Both the position numbers and the translations under genes were made by a program. A DNA stretch of 64,000 nt from an uncultured Planctomycetaceae bacterium (GTDB taxonomy: Bacteria > Planctomycetota > Planctomycetia > Isosphaerales > Isosphaeraceae). Positions 47,198-56,401 of this stretch are shown one piece after another. The stretch is from positions 2,432,001 to 2,496,000 of the forward strand of contig CAWIAD010000001.1 in assembly GCA_963833985.1 (NCBI GenBank), written 5' to 3'. Within the stretch, counting starts at the first letter, position 1. Each line of letters begins with the position of its first letter. The notes below the pieces were generated by a model, which worked only from the letters and a program-made list of their open reading frames with translations, made no database searches and was not told where the DNA came from.

Positions 47198-47523
47198 GTT
47201 GGCCTCCCGGTTGCCTCCGTAACGGCCTCCAGCGCCTTGCGGTACGCTTCGCCCTCCGGCCCATCAGATTCGTCGTAGTCGGCGAGCAGGTTGGCACAGA
47301 TCACGAGAGCGGCCAATAGTCTTGGGGCAGATGAAGCCAAGCGAGCGTTCGCCCCCTGGAGATCGGGCGGCGTATCCTCGTTCGTGTCGAAGATCTTGTT
47401 GCCGTCGGCATCGACGATTTCAAAGGCAGCCAGTTCTGATTCGATGCCGTCCTCACCCCGACGGATTCGGTACGGGCTGTACTCATGGCTCCAGGGTGCT
47501 GGAGAAAACTCCGGGGCCGTCAT
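47194..47523 (-). CDS. Hypothetical phage/ICE-type protein
   Basis: SPAPW...ANARLASSAPRLLAAL motif; coupled. Confidence 0.7.
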   Translation of the reverse strand: MTAPEFSPAPWSHEYSPYRIRRGEDGIESELAAFEIVDADGNKIFDTNEDTPPDLQGANARLASSAPRLLAALVICANLLADYDESDGPEGEAYRKALEAVTEATGRPT

Positions 47524-47822
47524 GCTGCCCTCCCGGTCGCTGCGGCGATCGCCTGCTTGACTTGGGCCTGTATCTCGCAGCGGGGCTTGCCGAGTTGAGC
47601 GTCGATCCAGTCGGAGGCGGCGATCAGGGCCTCCAGCAACATCGGAGCAGCGTTCTTGTCGGCGGACCTCCTGCCAGCATCGAAGGCTGCTTTCAGTGCC
47701 TCTTCAACTTGCCAAACGGCCACATTGTAAAAGTCGAGGCTGTCCGAACGGCGGGTTGCGAGGGTCGTAATGTTGAGGTGCTCGCGAGCTATAACGGCAA
47801 GGATGGGGTCGGGTTGTGTCAT
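47520..47822 (-). CDS. DUF6900-like protein
   Basis: IAREHLNITTLATRRSDSLDFYNVAVWQVEEALKAAFDAG. Confidence 0.75.
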   Translation of the reverse strand: MTQPDPILAVIAREHLNITTLATRRSDSLDFYNVAVWQVEEALKAAFDAGRRSADKNAAPMLLEALIAASDWIDAQLGKPRCEIQAQVKQAIAAATGRAA

Positions 47823-47844
47823 GGTTAGTCCTTTCTGTTGGCGG

Positions 47845-48603
47845 TTAAGATTGTTTCTCGAAGACCATGCAGGTGTCGTGCAGGCCGGGGATGAAACCGC
47901 TGCGGTAAACTTTCCGTGAACTGCTGGCACCGTGGCTGAATCGAATGATGTCGGTGCAGCACTGCCGGAGTCCGGAGTCGAAGGCGAGACGTTTCGTGTG
48001 CCAGGTGAGAGGGACAAAGCCTTCTTCGCGGTCGCAGTAGTCACCCATCAGGATCGCCAGCTTCCCGCCACGTTTCAGGGCACGGGCGCTATTGCGGATG
48101 AACTGGCGGTATCGCGTGAGGAAATGCTCCAAAGTCGGCGAGCGCGACAGGTCGCGGGGATCGTCGGCGTAGAGCTTCTGTCGCCAGTAAGCGGGATGGG
48201 ACCAAATGAAGTCGAAGGTCTCCTCGGCGGAGAAGTCATTCGGATCGCAGGCGTCAAAGCCCTGATGGATGTCCCAGGAGAAACAGGCAAGGCCAAGTTC
48301 ATTGCAGACATCGCGGCAGGTGCCCGATCCGGCCATTGGGTCCAGAATCAAGGACGGCCGGAAATACAGCAGGAGATCCTTGATGAGGTTTCCGCCGCAG
48401 TTTCCGGGCCAACTCCGGTCTCCGTACTCACCGGCCCGGTGGAAGTGATAGAGGCTGGTCAGGTGTGGCACCGGTGATGCGTTTCGTGGTGCTTGTGGCA
48501 GCCGAGCATAGAGGGGTCGGTCACGCTCCTCAGTTCTTCTGGGCGCGACCCGTTTCAGGCGGCCGGCATAGAAGGGATTAGCGGTGTGTGTTGCGTAGCT
48601 CAT
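47845..48603 (-). CDS. Orphan amino DNA methyltransferase
   Basis: WPGNCGG, LDPMAGSGT, SHPAY (variant catalytic motif), ALKRGGKL. Confidence 0.8.
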   Translation of the reverse strand: MSYATHTANPFYAGRLKRVAPRRTEERDRPLYARLPQAPRNASPVPHLTSLYHFHRAGEYGDRSWPGNCGGNLIKDLLLYFRPSLILDPMAGSGTCRDVCNELGLACFSWDIHQGFDACDPNDFSAEETFDFIWSHPAYWRQKLYADDPRDLSRSPTLEHFLTRYRQFIRNSARALKRGGKLAILMGDYCDREEGFVPLTWHTKRLAFDSGLRQCCTDIIRFSHGASSSRKVYRSGFIPGLHDTCMVFEKQS

Positions 48604-48821
48604 GGGTTCATTCTCCTTTCGTCTTGTTGTTCGTCATTGAGTTCGTTGATGTAGTGGCGGCAAGCCTGGGCAAGAGCGAGATGAAAGTCCTCGCCATTGG
48701 CGTCGGCCCAGTGCATCGCATCGGTGAGAAAATCGACGAGGTTCGAGTGATCGTCGTCATCGGAGTACGCAGTGATCGCCTTCTGGCAGCGATCCGCCCG
48801 TTGCTGGTTACTCGGCGTCAT
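48600..48821 (-). CDS. Hypothetical leading-region protein
   Basis: Acidic 73-aa ORF, coupled on both sides (DFLTDAMHW). Confidence 0.7.
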   Translation of the reverse strand: MTPSNQQRADRCQKAITAYSDDDDHSNLVDFLTDAMHWADANGEDFHLALAQACRHYINELNDEQQDERRMNP

Positions 48822-49174
48822 GGCTGCCTCCTATCCGCAAGGTAGCCGCCGTACGCTTTCCAGGTGAAATCGTTGGTATCGACGGCAACTATGCCCGCAT
48901 TTCCTGGGCTGTGATCTTCCATTCGGTTCGTGTTCCGAACGTCGGCCAGCGAGAAGTCGTTCGACGATATCCCGAGGCTCAGATTGCCAGCGATGTTGGT
49001 GTGACAGATGCCGACGAACCGTGCGGCGGCATAGAGCGCGTCCGAGAACCGTCCATGCATAAGAACCTTGAGCTGGTCCAGCCAGGACGGCAGTGCCTCG
49101 CCGTGCCAATGAAGGTAGACCGTTGGGGACACGCGGGTCTGGTCGTAAAAGACGATACAAGCTCGATTGCCCAT
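48818..49174 (-). CDS. Hypothetical mobile-element protein
   Basis: MGNRACI...VYLHWHG; GGAGG RBS. Confidence 0.7.
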   Translation of the reverse strand: MGNRACIVFYDQTRVSPTVYLHWHGEALPSWLDQLKVLMHGRFSDALYAAARFVGICHTNIAGNLSLGISSNDFSLADVRNTNRMEDHSPGNAGIVAVDTNDFTWKAYGGYLADRRQP

Positions 49175-49175
49175 G

Positions 49176-49460
49176 TCACGCCTCCGTTCCATCGGAACTC
49201 TCAGCGTCGAGGGTTTGTTCGTGCTCGGCGATGGCCTCTCGAAGATAGGGCTCGTACTGATCGCCTCGCCACGAGTTCTCGCCAAAGGTGATGTTGCCAA
49301 GAGCGAGCTTGTCGAGGTTGAAGACGGCAACGTGTCGTCTCTCGTCGAAGACGATGCCGAGCATTCGTCCGGCTTCCGGGTCGCGAAAGATCATGACATG
49401 GAACGGTGCGCCGGAGATGCCATTGCGATGAAGGTGGATATTCTCGATTCGAAGTCTCAT
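49176..49460 (-). CDS. Hypothetical leading-region protein
   Basis: MRLRIENIHLHRNGISGAPFHV...NSWRGD; AAGGGG RBS. Confidence 0.65.
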   Translation of the reverse strand: MRLRIENIHLHRNGISGAPFHVMIFRDPEAGRMLGIVFDERRHVAVFNLDKLALGNITFGENSWRGDQYEPYLREAIAEHEQTLDAESSDGTEA

Positions 49461-49470
49461 GGTTGCCCCC

Positions 49471-49626
49471 TTAGTCATGGTTGCCAAGCTGGAGGCGGAG
49501 TTCCTGAAACTCGCGATCGAGGTCGTCGTAGGCCACGTCGAAGTCTGAATCGCAGCCGGCGGAAAGTTCGTCGGACAATTGATGAAAGCGGGAGGTGATG
49601 GCGACATAGTCGGAAATGGTTTGCAT
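49471..49626 (-). CDS. Small acidic hypothetical protein
   Basis: MQTISDY...DSDFDVAYDDLDREF; AAGGA RBS. Confidence 0.5.
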   Translation of the reverse strand: MQTISDYVAITSRFHQLSDELSAGCDSDFDVAYDDLDREFQELRLQLGNHD

Positions 49627-49680
49627 GATCTGAATCCTTTCAAGTGGTGGGGCGGGCACCGTAGCACCCGCCCCGTTGCG

Positions 49681-49893
49681 TTAGTCTTTCTTTTCAGTGG
49701 CGACGCGGAGGGTGATCCGGCCGTCGAGCGGTACACAATCGAGCTGGATGTTGAATCCCTTTCCGTCGGCGTGTGGCCATACGCTTCCGATTCGCGTCCA
49801 GAACCCCTTCTGTCCGTCGCGGTCGCGTACCTGGTAGGCGATGTGGGTTGGGGATTTCGAGTTGGTGCCTTCGGTTGGTTTGGTGTCAGACAT
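49681..49893 (-). CDS. Small DUF736-like / OB-type protein
   Basis: KGFWTRIGSVWPHADGKGFNIQLD.VPLDGRITLR; AAGGAG RBS. Confidence 0.7.
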   Translation of the reverse strand: MSDTKPTEGTNSKSPTHIAYQVRDRDGQKGFWTRIGSVWPHADGKGFNIQLDCVPLDGRITLRVATEKKD

Positions 49894-49920
49894 GGTTGGT
49901 CTCCTTCTTTGTTTTACCGG

Positions 49921-50090
49921 CCACGCCCATCGCGGCCTGATGGCACAGCGAATAAAGCCGCCGAATGCCGGGGCACTCGCGCATCGCGACAAGCGAAAGA
50001 CGGAGGTTCCGCATCGCGGAAACCGTCTTGGCAGCTTGCGCGACCCGGTGGCGGCTTTAGCTTGCCCATCAGAAAGGCCGTGGGGAGTGC
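49921..50090. promoter_or_regulatory. Long imperfect hairpin upstream of the leading-region operon (candidate ssDNA promoter)
   Basis: Nested pairs CTGATGG/CCATCAG, TAAAGCCGCC/GGCGGCTTTA, TCGCGCA/TGCGCGA, AAGACGG/CCGTCTT, TTCCGC/GCGGAA. Confidence 0.7.
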
Positions 50091-50881
50091 TGGCAAATAC
50101 GTGGGAGAACAGCCGATTCATACCGAACCTCGAATGGCCCTCTTGATCTGCTGCTCAGGAAGTGCCTTCCCGGCGTTTACCGACGACGCGGGAAGGATCA
50201 ACGCGGGAGGATAATGCGATGCTGTGCCAGCAAGAGGATGCTCCAGCATGCCGATGGATCGCGGCGGCGGCTCACAAAAGCACAGCCGCGAATGGAATCA
50301 GCTTCGGTGGCGAGGAGCGAACGACGACCGTGGCAAATAAGGTTCGACGGATCAAAACGGTTGAAGGCAACGCAGAGAACCGAGCGGATCGGGCTTCGAG
50401 TCGGTTTCAGCTTCGCCAGCCGAGCGCCGATGTTCCAACCTCGAACGGTGTCAGCCGGTTTGGGTTGGAGGTCGCTGAGAAGACCAGGCATCGATCAACC
50501 GTCGAGACCGATCATGCCGAACTTCTGGAAAGGAATCTGGGTTCCTCTTGCGCCACCGTATCGAATGACGTCGGCACGAATGCACGTCGCACCTCTAGGC
50601 GTTTTCTCGCTCGACACCTCATCGCGTCGGGAGGTGACAGACTGTTCGCGGGAGGTCGAGGAGCCCGTGTCCAGAATACTAGGTGTCCAGGTCGAGAGTT
50701 ATTCGGACACGCCGTTTTTGCCAGCCTCAGAAGCGGCAGCGAGTGACGTATTGTCGTGATGTTTGAGTCATCCACCATCCATATCGAAGTCCGAAGACGA
50801 CGCTGAAGTGTTAGCGACATTCCAAAAGGTTAACACTTATTAACGGTTCTTTAAGCGAGTGGTGGTAGACTAAAATGAGGC

Positions 50882-53557
50882 ATGATACGCATCTCTCAAC
50901 AAGACAGTGCCGCCGCCGCCAAGGGCTATTACTCGAAATCCGATTATTATTCGGAAGGCCAAGAACTGGTCGGCATGTGGGGCGGCAAGGGCGCAAATCA
51001 CTTGGGACTGTCGGGGACGGTCGACAAGGAATCGTTCGATCGCCTTTCCGATAACCTTCATCCGCTGACCGGTGAGCAATTGACGGTTCGTACTCGGGCT
51101 GAGCGTACCGTCGGATACGACTTCACATTCTCGGTCCCCAAGAGCGTCTCGCTGCTTTACGGGCGCACCGGTAACTCGCAAATCCTCGATGCCTTTCGTT
51201 CGTCAGTCGATGAGACGATGCACGAGATGGAAGGCGAGATGCAGACCCGGGTCCGAACAGGAAAGCAGGACAGTAACCGCGTTACGGGAAATATGGTCTG
51301 GGCTGAGTTCATCCACACGACCTCTCGGCCGGTGGACGGTATTCCCGACCCGCAACTTCACGCCCACGTCTTCGTGTTCAATTCGACCTGGGATCGAGAG
51401 GAGGACCGCTGGAAAGCGGGCCAGTTTCGCGAACTGAAGCGAGACGCCCCCTATTTTCAGGCGGCGTTCCGCGTGCGGCTCGCGAACAAGCTGCAAGATC
51501 TCGGATTCGGAGTCGAACGCAAACGCGACGATTTCGAGGTCCAGGGAATTCCCGCCGACATCTTGAAACGCTTCTCGCGGCGGACGGAACTCATCGAGAA
51601 GGTGGCCGAGGAAAAGGGCATTACCAGCCCGGACCGCAAGGCCGAACTCGGGGCCGAGACGAGGGAGACGAAAGACCGCGAACTGAGCTTGCCGCAACTT
51701 CGCGATGCGTGGAATGACCGTCTCACGCTGCAGGAACGCCATCTGCTCGACGGCGTCTCCAACCGTGACACGCAATATGCACGACCCGAGTTCGGCGAGG
51801 CGAGGGCCGTGGATCACGCAATTGCCCATAGCTTCGTACGGGACGCCGTTCTGCCTGAACGAAAGCTCGTAACTGAAGCTTTGAAGCGGGGCTTGGGCTC
51901 GGTGACGGTGGAAGGCGTTTCCCAGGAGATGAAGAAGAGACCGTTGATCCGGAGCGCCTTTGGCGGGCGGGACATGGCCACGACCAAGGAAATGGTGTCG
52001 CTGGAAGCCAAGGCGATCGCTTTCGCTCGCGACGGTCGTGGACGTTTCCGGCCTCTGGGCGATCCGAAGCGGGAATGTTCGCGGGAGTGGTTCAACGATG
52101 GCCAGAAGGCGGCCGTACGGCATGTGCTTGGATCACGAGACCGCGTGATGATCATCCGGGGCGTCGCTGGAACGGGGAAAACGACCCTTGAACAGGAGAT
52201 CGGCGAGGCATTGTCTGAAGCGGGCAAGCCGGTCGTCGCCATCGCCCAGTCGGTGAAGGCCAGCCGTGAGATCCTCCGCCAGGAAGCAGGCTTTGAATCG
52301 GCTGATACCGTGGCGATGTTTCTGAAGGACAAGCAGATGCAAGAGGCGGCTAGGAACGGCGTCATCCTCGTCGATGAGGCATCCCAGCTCGGCACCGTGG
52401 ACATGATGAAGGTCTTTGAAGTCGCCGAGCAAACCAACGCTCGCGTGGTCCTGGTCGGCGATCGACGCCAGCACCGATCGGTTACGGCGGGCGAGCCCTT
52501 GCGGCTCCTGGAGGAGAAGGCGGGCGTTCGCGTGGCGGAAGTCAGCGAGATCCTGCGCCAGAAGGGCGACTACAAGAAAGCCGCCAAGGCCCTCAGTGAA
52601 GGGAATACCGAAGACGCCTTCAAGGTACTCGACAAGCTTGGCTGGATCAGGGAGATGGGTGACAAGGAGCGTTACCAGGTTCTGGCCGATGCCTATCTCA
52701 CAGCGGCGTCTGAGACGAAAGCTGGCGGCGGGCACAAGTCGGCACTCGTCGTTTCTCCGACCCACGCTGAGGCGGGCAGCATCACTGCGGCCATCCGTGC
52801 CGGGCTGAAGTCTGATGGCCGCATCAGCGGCGAGCAGGTGCTCACCACCTGGGTGCCCACGCACCCGACCGATGCCCAGAAGCGGGACGCGACGCAGTAC
52901 GATCCGGGATACATGCTTCAGTTCCACCAGAATGCCAAGGGCTTCAAGAAAGGGGCACGGCTGGTGATGGGCGAAGAGACAAAGCCCCCCGTAACAATGG
53001 CAGGCTCGTTTGAAGTCTACCGTCCCTTGCCGTTGTCCGTCGGCGTCGGTGATCGAATCCGACTCACCGCTGGTGGCAAGACCAAAGACGGCGAGCACCG
53101 CTTGAGCAATGGCTCGATGTTTACCGTCCAGGGTTTCACGAAACGAGGCGACCTGATCGTGGATCACGGCTGGGTAATCGAGAGGGAATTCGGGCACCTC
53201 TCGCACGGCTACGTCGTGACCAGCCATGCGAGTCAGGGGGCGACTGTGGACAAAGTCATCATCGGCCTTTCGAGCGAGTCCTTCCCGGCAACGTATCAGC
53301 GGACCGCCTACGTTGCGCTCACGCGGGGCAAGGAGCAGGCGTTGATTTTCACTGACGACAAAGATGGTTTGCTCAAGGCGATGAGCAGGCCGGACGATCC
53401 GCTGTCAGCGACGGAGGTCGCTGAGTCGGAGAAACAGGCCACTCCGGTCAAGGCCCGCCGTCCCATGTCACAGCCGTTGCTGGGGCACGACCTTGGCAAT
53501 TATCGCGATGTCAGGCAACTGTCCCAACCGATGCAGGAAATGAGCCATGAGCGATGA
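50882..53557 (+). CDS. MOBF (TrwC-like) relaxase-helicase
   Basis: GYY...DYY, YDFTFSVPKSVS, H.TSR...DPQLHAH, FSRR; GVAGTGKTT, VDEAS, GYVVTSHASQG, YVALTR. Confidence 0.95.
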   Translation: MIRISQQDSAAAAKGYYSKSDYYSEGQELVGMWGGKGANHLGLSGTVDKESFDRLSDNLHPLTGEQLTVRTRAERTVGYDFTFSVPKSVSLLYGRTGNSQILDAFRSSVDETMHEMEGEMQTRVRTGKQDSNRVTGNMVWAEFIHTTSRPVDGIPDPQLHAHVFVFNSTWDREEDRWKAGQFRELKRDAPYFQAAFRVRLANKLQDLGFGVERKRDDFEVQGIPADILKRFSRRTELIEKVAEEKGITSPDRKAELGAETRETKDRELSLPQLRDAWNDRLTLQERHLLDGVSNRDTQYARPEFGEARAVDHAIAHSFVRDAVLPERKLVTEALKRGLGSVTVEGVSQEMKKRPLIRSAFGGRDMATTKEMVSLEAKAIAFARDGRGRFRPLGDPKRECSREWFNDGQKAAVRHVLGSRDRVMIIRGVAGTGKTTLEQEIGEALSEAGKPVVAIAQSVKASREILRQEAGFESADTVAMFLKDKQMQEAARNGVILVDEASQLGTVDMMKVFEVAEQTNARVVLVGDRRQHRSVTAGEPLRLLEEKAGVRVAEVSEILRQKGDYKKAAKALSEGNTEDAFKVLDKLGWIREMGDKERYQVLADAYLTAASETKAGGGHKSALVVSPTHAEAGSITAAIRAGLKSDGRISGEQVLTTWVPTHPTDAQKRDATQYDPGYMLQFHQNAKGFKKGARLVMGEETKPPVTMAGSFEVYRPLPLSVGVGDRIRLTAGGKTKDGEHRLSNGSMFTVQGFTKRGDLIVDHGWVIEREFGHLSHGYVVTSHASQGATVDKVIIGLSSESFPATYQRTAYVALTRGKEQALIFTDDKDGLLKAMSRPDDPLSATEVAESEKQATPVKARRPMSQPLLGHDLGNYRDVRQLSQPMQEMSHER

Positions 53558-54065
53558 CCGAACACATCAAGATCGCCTGCGAGGCGCATTATTCTCCGAC
53601 GGCAAGGCTCCGGAGCCGCTCAAGAAGGACGATGACGGAGGGAATGAAGGATCGTGCGCGGCCTTCGGGTACCTTCGGGGCATCCGTGATTCTTCGACGT
53701 CGGTAGAGTTCCGTTTTCGCTCTGGCAACAGCATGTGGTTTCCGTACTCGTGGCTTGGTCCCTGGCGGTATGATCCCAGTGAAGGACTATTGCTCAAATT
53801 CTCAGGCGATGTAGTGTATCTGATTCTGATCAAGGGAAGCAATCTTGCCAAGCCCCTCGCAGACAGCTCGATCAACCTAACACATGCTGGTTTGCAGCGC
53901 TCGCGTGTGCTCTGGGTTCGGGAAATGACCGGCGACGAGATCGAGCGTGTTGGGGACACTGCGCCTACGATCGACAGTATCCTGATCGGCGAATTTACCG
54001 ACCAAGAGTCACGCCGCGAGTGGCTCCAGACGCACGCTCCAGCGTTCTTCGACAATCCTGCCTGA
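53547..54065 (+). CDS. Hypothetical protein coupled to the relaxase
   Basis: Overlaps the relaxase stop; globular composition (WFPYSWL). Confidence 0.7.
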   Translation: MSDDRTHQDRLRGALFSDGKAPEPLKKDDDGGNEGSCAAFGYLRGIRDSSTSVEFRFRSGNSMWFPYSWLGPWRYDPSEGLLLKFSGDVVYLILIKGSNLAKPLADSSINLTHAGLQRSRVLWVREMTGDEIERVGDTAPTIDSILIGEFTDQESRREWLQTHAPAFFDNPA

Positions 54066-54441
54066 GACAACTCACCCCGGCTGAAAACCGTTGCCCTATT
54101 TACCTCTTCTGTCGGGGGCTGCTTCGCCCATCGCGGAGTTTAATTGCTGGGCTTGTCATAAAATTTCCTTTCTGTTGTCAGGTCGCATCATCGCGTCCAT
54201 ATCAAATCGACCGCACGGGTCATGGGCGTGGCGCAGCGCACCGGTCAACCGAAGACCGGAAGGCTTCCTCGGGAGAGCCGGTCTGGCAGGTTTACCGGCA
54301 CGACGACTCGTGCAGATTGCGTGTAAGAACGCCTTGCGAAATGAATTAGCGGGAAAGGATGTCGATATGAAAAGCCAGCACGTACGCCGTCGGAAAGGTA
54401 AGCGCTAGTCGATCTGGATAGGAAACACCGCTCAGAGGTGA

Positions 54442-54654
54442 CTACTCGCCTTCCGTGAAGCAATCCTCGACCGGCGGGGCCGACGGATCGGACTGGAAAT
54501 GATCGCCCTCAAGCTCTGGGCCTATGCCGTGCCGCGCCATGAGCTTCAGCAGCTCACTGACTCTGTCCAGGTCTAGGGCGTCCATCGCCTCGTATTTGTC
54601 GATCTTCCCGCTCCGGTAGTCCAAGAGAACCTGACGGATGGCGTCGTTTTCCAT
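54442..54654 (-). CDS. Small UPF0175-like protein
   Basis: LLDYRSGKIDKYEAMDALDL...LLKLMARHGI; AGGAG RBS. Confidence 0.5.
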   Translation of the reverse strand: MENDAIRQVLLDYRSGKIDKYEAMDALDLDRVSELLKLMARHGIGPELEGDHFQSDPSAPPVEDCFTEGE

Positions 54655-55264
54655 GTGGCGATACTCCTGGGCGCCCTTCTCCCGGCAGGATCGAATCCTC
54701 GCGCCGTTCATCTTTGAGGGTGAGTTTTAGGGCTTGGAAATGGTCTTCTTCAAGCACCTGATCATTTTAGTGTGAAATTAATAGGCACGAATCCGAGGTT
54801 TTCCAGCTAACAGTGGCTGGAATTAAGCGATAGTAAGCCATCTTCGCATTGTCTCCTCGAAGTTTTTCGAAAGGATGCGTGCTCGCTCTTCGGCTCTGCA
54901 TTGCGCTATCTAGAATTCTTTTAGAGGCCGAGCAGACCAAGTGACGGGAGCAAGTGACCTCGGGGCGAACTTCGCGCTTGGCTGTTTGCGTTTCCATCGG
55001 TCAGCCGCCCAAGCCCGCACAAATTCTACGTTCTTTGTGACCCGCCCCAATCGCGCCGGGGTTGTCTAGCTTCAAGTGTTTGTCCTTGAAGTATTTAGGG
55101 ACCATTCGTGCGCGGTCTTCGTGAGGTATTCCGCAAGGCTTTGGATTGGTTTCGGGGCTCTGCAACGGACGACCTCGATAATTTGTGCAGTGGTCCGAGC
55201 AGAACGAGTGAAGTGAGCATGAGACGGCCGCGGCAAACGACATTTTTTGAGGGAGATTCCCACG

Positions 55265-56059
55265 ATGGAAGGCAAGCGAACCAGAGTCAAGATCGCCGAC
55301 CTGAAACGTCGGCCCATGCGTCAGCATAGCGGGACAAAGGAGGAGCTGAAAGCGCTTGCCCTATCATGGCTTGAGCGCCCGGTTCACGACATCATCGTAA
55401 CTCCTAGCATGAGGCTTGTAGACGGCCACCGCCGCACTGATGGGCTGGAGATGATTGGCGAAACCGAGATCGAAGTCTTCATGACCGATGAGGAGCTTGA
55501 CGACAAGGCCGTCCTTGAGGTGGGGCTGACGACCGCCATCCACCGTGCCGACTTGTCGGGATTCGATAAGTTCCAGGCGTGCGAGAAGCTGATGGATATC
55601 CATCCAGAATGGCAAAATCAGGACCTAGCGCAGTGCTTGAAAGTCGATCCATCGACGGTGACCCGGTTCCGCTCTCCCTCGAAGTGCGTCGCTGAAGTGG
55701 TGGAGGCACTCCGAGAGAACAAGATCGCGATCAGCGATGCGTACGAAATCAGTAAAGCCGTCGACCGCGAGGACCAGCTCCGGCTGCTGAGCCTTAAGTG
55801 CGCGGGAGCCAACCGGGAAGCTCTGGCGGCGCAAGGTCGCAAGCAGCGAGCGGCGGCAACGCCTGCCGTTCGTGTCAGCAAGATCAAGTGCCCCTTGCCT
55901 TCGGGGCAGGTCATTACCGTCTCAGGGCAGGAACTGAGCCTCGATGAAGCGATTGACTCGCTGAAAGAGGCGATTAAGGCGATGAGCAAAGCGCGGGATA
56001 CTGGCCTCGATGCAAAGACGGCCATGGCGGTGTGGAAGGACATGGCTAAGGCCGGTTAG
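55265..56059 (+). CDS. ParB/Spo0J-like protein
   Basis: LVDGHRR, HRADLS, HTH QDLAQCLKVDPSTVTR. Confidence 0.85.
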   Translation: MEGKRTRVKIADLKRRPMRQHSGTKEELKALALSWLERPVHDIIVTPSMRLVDGHRRTDGLEMIGETEIEVFMTDEELDDKAVLEVGLTTAIHRADLSGFDKFQACEKLMDIHPEWQNQDLAQCLKVDPSTVTRFRSPSKCVAEVVEALRENKIAISDAYEISKAVDREDQLRLLSLKCAGANREALAAQGRKQRAAATPAVRVSKIKCPLPSGQVITVSGQELSLDEAIDSLKEAIKAMSKARDTGLDAKTAMAVWKDMAKAG

Positions 56060-56185
56060 GCCGATGGCGCTCTAAGATGTGAGCAATCTATCGCAACAGT
56101 ATACGTCAGCCTGCCGGAATCGTTTTCGGCGGGGACGTGAAAAGTGCGCCCCCAGCTAGGGGGATTTCAAGAACAGAGGTTCGAG

Positions 56186-56350
56186 ATGTTATTTCTCTTG
56201 CACGGGTTCGTCTGGATGATGATTTTGCTCGCCGGGTTGATCGTGTTGGCGAGGAAGATGTTCGCGAACGCGAACCCAGAAATTAAGGCTGCCACGAGGA
56301 AGGCGGCTGCTGAGAAGGCGACTCAACTGATCAATCGCTTCTTGAATTAA
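56186..56350 (+). CDS. Small single-TM protein
   Basis: GAGG RBS; N-terminal TM followed by a basic helix. Confidence 0.6.
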   Translation: MLFLLHGFVWMMILLAGLIVLARKMFANANPEIKAATRKAAAEKATQLINRFLN

Positions 56351-56401
56351 CCATGACGGGCGGCGGAAACGTCGCCCCTCTAACAACAACGGAGAATTCC
56401 C

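Noticed and set aside
50750..50881. Exact oriT/nic site
   Set aside because: Expected in this AT-richer region upstream of the relaxase, but I could not match a nic sequence with confidence
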